Assembly (NCBI GenBank): GCA_903877885.1
Contig: CAIRFN010000006.1
Span: forward strand, 86,054 to 150,053
Reading direction: 5' to 3'
Origin: an uncultured Candidatus Berkelbacteria bacterium
Lineage (GTDB): Bacteria > Patescibacteriota > UBA1384 > UBA12157
Length of the DNA stretch: 64,000 nt
Both the position numbers and the translations under genes were made by a program. Each line of letters begins with the position of its first letter. The stretch's first letter is position 1. Below the pieces are notes generated by a model. That model was not told the DNA's origin. It did no database searches and saw nothing but the letters and a program-made list of their open reading frames with translations. Below are positions 57,911 through 64,000 of this stretch, in pieces.

Positions 57911-59410
57911 ATGACTATTGGTAAAAAAAACGTCGATATGAAATGGATTGTTCTTTTGACCGTTATCATCGGGACTTTTTTGGGTCGACTTGATCAGACT
58001 ATTGTGGGTTTGGCCACTCCGAAAATTATTCAAGATTTTGGCATTACGATTTCTTCGGCCGGTTGGATTTCCACCGCCTACATTATTGCCAATGCGATTT
58101 TTGTACCGATTTGGGGAAAACTTGGTGATCTAATTGGTCGGCGCAAAGTTTATATTACCGGTTTTGTGGTTTTTATTATTGGTTCAGTTCTGGCTGCTTT
58201 TGCTTGGAATTTGGGCTCAATGGTGGTCTTCCGGGTGATTCAAGCCATCGCCGGTTCGGCTGATTATCCAACTGCGATGTCGATTTTATATTTTACTTTC
58301 AAAGATGAAAAAGAACGCAATCAAGCCTTGGGTATTTGGTCAGCGTCGTTTGCTGCGGCCGTGGTTTTTGGACCACTGATTGGTGGGCCGCTGATCGATA
58401 ATTTTGGTTGGCCATCGGTTTTTATGTTAAACTTGCCGGTCGGTATTCTTGGTTTAGCTATGGCCTATATGTTTATTCAGGAATCGCGATCTGAAGAAAA
58501 AATTGTCAATTTTGACTGGTTTGGCGCTTCATATTTAGGCATTGTCTTAGCCTCTCTAGTTTTAGTTTTGGACAAAGGTTTGAGCTGGGGCTGGTTTTCT
58601 CTAAATAGTGTAATTGCTTACACCAGCATTATTGTCTTTTTGATTGCGTTTATTAAAGTCGAAACAAGTCACCCTGAACCGATTGTGGATTTAAAATTTT
58701 TCAAAAACAGTATTTTAGTTAACACAATGGTAAACAATTTTATTACTTTTATGGGTATGATGATGTTGATTTTTTTAATTCCGATTTTTGTTCAAACTTA
58801 TTTAGGTTTCGATGCAACTAAAACCGGTTTTCTCTTTTTACCAATGGCTTTTGGCATGCTTTCCACTGCGCCCTTGGGTGGTGCTTTGAAGGGAAAAATT
58901 CAAGCCCGATTTATTATTATGGCCAGCTCTTTTGTGGCGGCCATTGGCATGTTTATGTTTATCGGACTGGATGCTAAATCTGGACCGTTAGATATTGGTT
59001 TACCATTATTTATCATGGCTGCAGGCATGGGTTTTGGGATGGCACCACGCACTAGTATCGTTGCTTCAGCTGTGCCGGCGCATGAAATCGGTAGTGCGTC
59101 TTCGCTTTTGGCCTTGGTTCGTAATATTTCCGGCGCTTTTGGCATTGCTATTGCCGGCACAATTTTAAATAACGGGGTTGAAAGTAAAATCGCTGATTTA
59201 ATGCAAAATAGCAGTTTTACTCTGCCATCAACTCCGGCGCTCCAAGGCGCTTATACTCAAATTTTCGCTGGTTTGGTTCAACTTCGAGCTCAAATATTAA
59301 CTTTCCGTGAAATTTTTGTTTTCGCCGCTGTCATTTCTTTGATTGGTGGCATTGCCGCTTACTGGATTCGAGTGGAAAAAGAATCCGATCTCAAAGTCAT
59401 TGTGGAATAA
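57911..59410 (+). CDS. DHA2 family MFS efflux transporter (EmrB-like)
   Basis: LDQTIV, WGKLGDLIGRR, GPLIGG..W..VF.LNLPVG and many TM segments. Confidence 0.93.
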   Translation: MTIGKKNVDMKWIVLLTVIIGTFLGRLDQTIVGLATPKIIQDFGITISSAGWISTAYIIANAIFVPIWGKLGDLIGRRKVYITGFVVFIIGSVLAAFAWNLGSMVVFRVIQAIAGSADYPTAMSILYFTFKDEKERNQALGIWSASFAAAVVFGPLIGGPLIDNFGWPSVFMLNLPVGILGLAMAYMFIQESRSEEKIVNFDWFGASYLGIVLASLVLVLDKGLSWGWFSLNSVIAYTSIIVFLIAFIKVETSHPEPIVDLKFFKNSILVNTMVNNFITFMGMMMLIFLIPIFVQTYLGFDATKTGFLFLPMAFGMLSTAPLGGALKGKIQARFIIMASSFVAAIGMFMFIGLDAKSGPLDIGLPLFIMAAGMGFGMAPRTSIVASAVPAHEIGSASSLLALVRNISGAFGIAIAGTILNNGVESKIADLMQNSSFTLPSTPALQGAYTQIFAGLVQLRAQILTFREIFVFAAVISLIGGIAAYWIRVEKESDLKVIVE

Positions 59411-59448
59411 AATCATTTACAAAAAAAGGACCGATAAATCAGTCCTGG

Positions 59449-60639
59449 TTAGTAGGTTGCAAACGAAATCGGTCCGAGTGGCATTTGACCGGTTTTTTGG
59501 TAAAATTTTTCGCTATAGTGATAAAGTGTTGAATAGTCTGAACCAATTTGCGAATTTAGATGTTGATGGTAAATTTCCAAACTCAATTTAGCATAATTTT
59601 TTGAAGTCTCATCTTTTTGGGCGAGCGCGAATTCCCAGAAGGCAGCCAAATCCATATCGGAAGTATCTCCACCTAAAAGCTGATATTCAAAGACCGATTT
59701 TTCAAAAACTTCAGTGTTAATGATTTGTCTTAAATATGCTTCTTCTAAAAGACTAAACGCTGGTGAATATCGGGAATAATTGGTTAAATCAAAAGCTACA
59801 GCCACAGCCGAATTCGGACTGGTAACAGCATAGGCAATTGTTGCTTCGTGCCAAGTTTGGGGATAAATCACTGTAGTAAAATAAAAATTATCGAATTTTT
59901 CAGGGTAGAGTTTTTTAAGCGTCTGGCTAAAATAAACCATCGTTTCGGCAAAGTGACGGCAGACACTTTCATGCTTGTCGATCAAAAGTTCGTCGACTGG
60001 TTCATTATCAGCGGAAAAAATTGCCCGAACAGGATTTGTTTTACTAATTTTAATAAAATCGCGGCCGTTTTGACGGTTTTGCCAGGCTTTGGTGGCCGGA
60101 TCATAAGTTAAATGTTTGCTACAAATTTCAGCCGTGACCTGACAAAATGCGGCAAAATCTCCCTGATTAAATCGATCAGCAATAAACGAATTCTTTTGAA
60201 AAATTAAATTAGCTTCAGTTCTAACAAAATTTTCAAATCGTTGTTCATCTTTCGGTGGTTTTAAAAACGACAGTCCGGGTTTAATTAGAGTTTTAAGAAT
60301 CGGACTGGCTAAGTTAATTTTTGAGCCAGAACTAATAATTTGTCGTGGGAAATAACCGAATCGGATTGTGGTTTTAGGATTAGTAAATTCTAGTAAACCA
60401 TTCGTCCGACAGTCTGGAAAGGAACTAGTATTAATAGAATTGGGATCAATAATCATAGGTGATTGGTAGCTGACTTTAGCTCGATCATTTTTAAATAAAT
60501 AAAAAGTGATTTTTGGATTATACATTAGATATTTGTTCCAGATATAAAATCCAAAAATGATGGTAAAAAAGACGCTTACCAGCCAGATCGGAATTTTCCA
60601 ATACCATTTCATTTTTCGGCGGTTAGCTTTAGTTTTCAA
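59449..60639 (-). CDS. Hypothetical membrane-anchored protein (possible transglutaminase-like Cys-His-Asp arrangement)
   Basis: N-terminal TM; VCRHFA..WHE..FDLT. Confidence 0.6.
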   Translation of the reverse strand: MKTKANRRKMKWYWKIPIWLVSVFFTIIFGFYIWNKYLMYNPKITFYLFKNDRAKVSYQSPMIIDPNSINTSSFPDCRTNGLLEFTNPKTTIRFGYFPRQIISSGSKINLASPILKTLIKPGLSFLKPPKDEQRFENFVRTEANLIFQKNSFIADRFNQGDFAAFCQVTAEICSKHLTYDPATKAWQNRQNGRDFIKISKTNPVRAIFSADNEPVDELLIDKHESVCRHFAETMVYFSQTLKKLYPEKFDNFYFTTVIYPQTWHEATIAYAVTSPNSAVAVAFDLTNYSRYSPAFSLLEEAYLRQIINTEVFEKSVFEYQLLGGDTSDMDLAAFWEFALAQKDETSKNYAKLSLEIYHQHLNSQIGSDYSTLYHYSEKFYQKTGQMPLGPISFATY

Positions 60640-60813
60640 GTTGCACCTCCTCGATGGATCAACTCGGAATTTTTATATTGTACCAGAAAATCTGGGGAAA
60701 GGAAAGGGAAATCAAATTCAACTAGACCTGGTGAAGTTTTTATGTTACAATTTAAGAGAAATAAGTCATTGCGAACAAAGCAAGCCCCTATAAGCAAAGC
60801 TTGTAGGTTTATA

Positions 60814-60889
60814 GCCCCTATAGCTCAGCGGATAGAGCGTACGGTTCCGGTCCGTAAGGCCAGAGGTCCGAGTCCTCTTGGGGGCACCA
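60814..60889 (+). tRNA. tRNA-Arg(CCG)
   Basis: GCCCCTA/TGGGGGC stem; TACGG-TTCCGGT-CCGTA; CCA. Confidence 0.93.
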
Positions 60890-60914
60890 CTTATTTTATT
60901 TAGAAATTATATAT

Positions 60915-60989
60915 GCCCCTGTAGCTCAACGGATAGAGCACGAGCCTTCGAAGCTCGTGGTGCGGGTTCGATTCCTGCCGGGGGCACCA
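60915..60989 (+). tRNA. tRNA-Arg(TCG)
   Basis: GCCCCTG/CGGGGGC stem; CGAGC-CTTCGAA-GCTCG; CCA. Confidence 0.92.
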
Positions 60990-61018
60990 TTTAAAATTTT
61001 TACAACGAGGGCCGGCAT

Positions 61019-61071
61019 CCAGACCTCCGGTCATAACCAGACCTCCGGTCATAACCAGACCTCCGGTCATA
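61019..61071 (+). repeat. Three tandem copies of an 18-bp hairpin unit inside a tRNA-Lys 5'-half remnant (61009-61113)
   Basis: CCAGACCTCCGGTCATAA three times (last copy 17 bp) between GGGCCGG and GCTCAGTGGTA. Confidence 0.9.
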
Positions 61072-61127
61072 GCTCAGTGGTATACAAATCTAGTATTCCG
61101 GTCATAGAGCAGCATATTAAAATATTT

Positions 61128-61346
61128 GGGCCAGTAGCTCAGTGGTATACAGACGCTTCCGCGTCATAGAGCATCGCCTCTTAAAATTTTCAATACAGTA
61201 TGGAGGGCCGGTAGCTCAGTGGTAGAGCAGCTGACTCTTAATCAGCTTGTCGTGAGTCCGATCCTCACCCGGCCCTCCATGGGGTGTTGAAAATTTCAGA
61301 CACGGGTAGCAATTTGTCGTGAGTCCGATCCTCACCTGGCCCTCCA
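61128..61346 (+). pseudogene. Split outer tRNA-Lys enclosing an intact tRNA-Lys
   Basis: GGGCCAG..CTCTTAA 5' half pairs with the TTGTCGTGAGTCCGATCCTCAC CTGGCCC TCCA 3' half. Confidence 0.8.
61205..61279 (+). tRNA. tRNA-Lys(CTT), inner copy
   Basis: GGGCCGG/CCGGCCC stem; GCTGA-CTCTTAA-TCAGC; CCA. Confidence 0.94.
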
Positions 61347-61399
61347 AAAAATCACCAAATTTTATCTGGTGATTTTTTGTGTATTTGAGTTCTTATTTT

Positions 61400-62617
61400 T
61401 TACTCATATCTTAAGGCATCGATTGGGTTAAGTTTGGCGGCGCGTTGCGCCGGATAGTAACCAAAGATAATTCCAACTAAACTGGAAACGCCAACCGCAA
61501 TCGCTACCGCTGAAAAATTAATAATGAACGGGATTTTAATTAAAAAGGCGGCAATATACGAAAGGCTGACGCCAACGATAATTCCAACAAGGCCGCCGGC
61601 AATAGTCAAAACCAGGGCTTCGATTAAGAACTGTCTTAAAATATCTCTTTTTTTAGCACCAATCGATTTTAACAAGCCAATTTCTTTGGTTCGTTCGGTC
61701 ACGGTCACTAACATAATATTCATAATACCAATGCCGCCGACTACCAGAGAAATTCCAGCAATTCCCGCTAACATCAATGTTAATAAACCTGTCACCGTGC
61801 TCAAAGCGGAAATCGCATCTTTACTGGTGGCTAAATGAAAATCCGCTTTTGTTGGGTCGGTAATTTTATGATTGTCTAAAATCAGTTGAGTAATGTCGGC
61901 TTCGGTCTGACCGTTTAGATTAGCATCAACTGTTTGGACAAATAAAATCGATAAATAATCGCGACCAAAAACCAACTTTGAACCAGTTTCCAATGGAATA
62001 AAAACGCCGGTGTCTGGACTGGAAAATCCTGATGAACCTTTAGGCTTAGTCACGCCAACAACATGAAAAGTTTTATTGTTAATCGTAATTGTCTTACCAA
62101 TCACGGCGCTACCTTCGCCAAAAAGATCGGTGGCCACTTGTGCCCCCAAAACAGCGACTCGGCTTAGGCTGGTATTATCGTCATCGGTAAAAAAACTACC
62201 TTGATCGATTTCCAGTTGGTTGACAGAAAAATAAGCCGCAGTTGTGCCAGTGATACTGTAAAATCCGGATTGATCGTTGGCGGCAACTGTTTCGGTTTGT
62301 AGTAGATCAGGCGCGACAGCTAAAATATTATTAATCTTATTTTTGTTTGTTAAACTAGTTGCATCAGCAATTGTTAAGGTGTCTTGGCGGCTAGCGGCGC
62401 GTTGAGCTAAATTTTGGGCGCCCGGAGCGATAATAATTAAGTTTGTGCCAAAGGAAGAAATCTGATTAGTAATCGAAGCAGTGGCACCATTACCAATAGA
62501 AATAATAATAATGACTGAGCCAACACCAATGACAATGCCCAGCATGGTGAGTAATGTCCGCATTAGGTTATTTTTAAGAGCGCTAAAGGCTAAAAAGATT
62601 AGTTCTCGAAGACTCAT
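61400..62617 (-). CDS. MacB-like ABC transporter permease
   Basis: RTLLTMLGIVIGV, GGIGIMNIMLVTVTERTKEIG and NPIDALRYE. Confidence 0.95.
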   Translation of the reverse strand: MSLRELIFLAFSALKNNLMRTLLTMLGIVIGVGSVIIIISIGNGATASITNQISSFGTNLIIIAPGAQNLAQRAASRQDTLTIADATSLTNKNKINNILAVAPDLLQTETVAANDQSGFYSITGTTAAYFSVNQLEIDQGSFFTDDDNTSLSRVAVLGAQVATDLFGEGSAVIGKTITINNKTFHVVGVTKPKGSSGFSSPDTGVFIPLETGSKLVFGRDYLSILFVQTVDANLNGQTEADITQLILDNHKITDPTKADFHLATSKDAISALSTVTGLLTLMLAGIAGISLVVGGIGIMNIMLVTVTERTKEIGLLKSIGAKKRDILRQFLIEALVLTIAGGLVGIIVGVSLSYIAAFLIKIPFIINFSAVAIAVGVSSLVGIIFGYYPAQRAAKLNPIDALRYE

Positions 62618-63324
62618 CTGGCCTCCTGTCTTTGAGAGTTTTGTCGATCAGAAACAATCAAGCCGTCTTTTAGTTCGATGATGCGGTGAGCGTGAGCGGC
62701 AATATCTGGTTCGTGAGTAATAATTACAATGGTGTGGCCTTGGCGATTAATTTCTTGCAAAATACCAATAATCTCGTATGAGGTTTTACTGTCCAAATTG
62801 CCAGTTGGTTCATCGGCCAAGATAATCGCCGGATTCATCACTAGCGCTCTAGCAATTGCCACCCGCTGAATTTGACCACCAGAAATACGATTAGACAAAC
62901 TTTTGGCTTTGTCAGCGATTTTCACTTTGTCCAAAGCGGTCATGGCCCGATTAAAACGGTCTTTGGCGCCAATACCGGCGTACATCATTGGCCGCATTAC
63001 ATTGTTTAGAACCGACGTTCTAGCTAGTAAATTAAATGATTGAAAAACAAAGCCAATTTCTTGATTGCGAATTTCAGCCAAAGCATCATCATTATAAGTA
63101 TTAATTTCTTTGCCTTTTAGAAAATATTTGCCTGAAGTTGGTGTATCCAGCGCGCCCATAATGTGCATGGTGGTAGACTTGCCAGAACCGGAAGCGCCGA
63201 TAATGGCCACAAATTCACCGGCATTGATATCAAAAGAAATGCCTTTCAAGGCAGTGTAAACTTCATCATTTTCCAAAGGAAAGCTCTTGGTTACGTTCTG
63301 AAAAGAGATGAGCGGCGAAGCCAT
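62614..63324 (-). CDS. MacB/LolD-like ABC ATPase
   Basis: GASGSGKST, IGFVFQSFNL and ADEPTGNLD. Confidence 0.95.
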   Translation of the reverse strand: MASPLISFQNVTKSFPLENDEVYTALKGISFDINAGEFVAIIGASGSGKSTTMHIMGALDTPTSGKYFLKGKEINTYNDDALAEIRNQEIGFVFQSFNLLARTSVLNNVMRPMMYAGIGAKDRFNRAMTALDKVKIADKAKSLSNRISGGQIQRVAIARALVMNPAIILADEPTGNLDSKTSYEIIGILQEINRQGHTIVIITHEPDIAAHAHRIIELKDGLIVSDRQNSQRQEAR

Positions 63325-63340
63325 AAAAACCTTTCAAGTT

Positions 63341-64000
63341 TTAGTTAGTCGTTGCGCCGGTAAGTGGGTTAGTGCTTTTAGGTTGAGTTGTCAAAATAAC
63401 TTGTTGGCCTTCGGTTAAGCCGTTGGTAATTTCAGTTCGGTCCGTACCCTTAAGTCCAACTTGAACCGGGACATAAACTAAGGTTTTAGATTTTGAGCCA
63501 GCTGGTGGCAGAATTTGAACGGCTTTTCCATTTTGATAAGGTTTGATGGCGGAATTAGCCACAGTTAAAACATTCTCGTGTTTTTCAGTTTCAATATCGA
63601 CGTTACCACTCATTGCCCCGCGTAGCCCTTGATCAGGATTATTAATCGAGAAATAAACGCCGTAAGAAATCACACCAGAAGTGTTAGTACCGATTTGGTC
63701 AATTTTAGTAATTTTACCATCAAAAGTTTTACCTTTAATTGCGTCAATGGTAATAGTAGCTGCGGCGTCTAATTTAAGTTTGGGAATATCAATTTCATTA
63801 ATTTGAGTTTTGAAAACTAAAGTTGATGACTTGGAAATAATTAAAACCGGCGAAATAGTGGTGCCAGAAACTCCAGTGGCGCTCACTTTATCACCAATCG
63901 AAAAACCTAAATTACTTACCATACCGGAAGTTGGCGCTTTGACTGTTAAATTACTTTTGCCGTCATAGGCGAGTTGAGCCGAATCAGCTGTTGCTTGAGC
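63341..64000 (-). CDS. MacA-like efflux adaptor subunit (5' end outside the window)
   Basis: VKAPTSGMV, INEIDI..ITIDA and VQVGL...EITNGLTEGQ. Confidence 0.88.
   Translation of the reverse strand, partial: AQATADSAQLAYDGKSNLTVKAPTSGMVSNLGFSIGDKVSATGVSGTTISPVLIISKSSTLVFKTQINEIDIPKLKLDAAATITIDAIKGKTFDGKITKIDQIGTNTSGVISYGVYFSINNPDQGLRGAMSGNVDIETEKHENVLTVANSAIKPYQNGKAVQILPPAGSKSKTLVYVPVQVGLKGTDRTEITNGLTEGQQVILTTQPKSTNPLTGATTN

Noticed and set aside
61019-61071. CRISPR-like array
   Set aside because: The 18-bp units are directly tandem with no spacers, and no cas genes are present.
60957-61169. 70-aa ORF with QTSGHN repeats
   Set aside because: It is a translation of tRNA sequence, tRNA remnants and the tandem hairpin.
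1721-63348. Numerous short antisense or alternate-frame ORFs in the track
   Set aside because: They overlap well-supported genes and show no motifs or RBS.

Overview
AT-rich bacterial chromosome window read with genetic code 11. The gene content suggests a Patescibacteria/CPR genome, which is an inference from class I LysRS, short SecA, TsaB and Pyk, LAGLIDADG and GIY-YIG ORFs next to tRNAs, and palindromic mini-repeats. Housekeeping genes include lysS, serS, hpf, secA, polX, ftsEX with an M23 peptidase, tsaEB, an LCP protein, prsA, pyk, typA, a DEAD-box helicase, an ABC-F protein, emrAB-like and macAB-like efflux genes, and 11 intact tRNA genes. Accessory content includes a type II R-M pair with a broken endonuclease, a RAYT transposase cassette bounded by 64-bp direct repeats, an ice-binding protein with a class F sortase, a four-radical-SAM nucleotide-modifying cluster, an RNB-dsRBD gene and a degraded island. 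The most striking signal is a recurrent nested tRNA architecture. At the Thr, Pro and Lys loci an intact tRNA, set on a 12-18 bp inverted-repeat stalk, sits inside the anticodon arm of a second, split tRNA for the same amino acid. A related arrangement at tRNA-Glu carries a GIY-YIG gene. The split halves are studded with tiny hairpin insertions of shared design. All calls were made by eye and no database searches were run.
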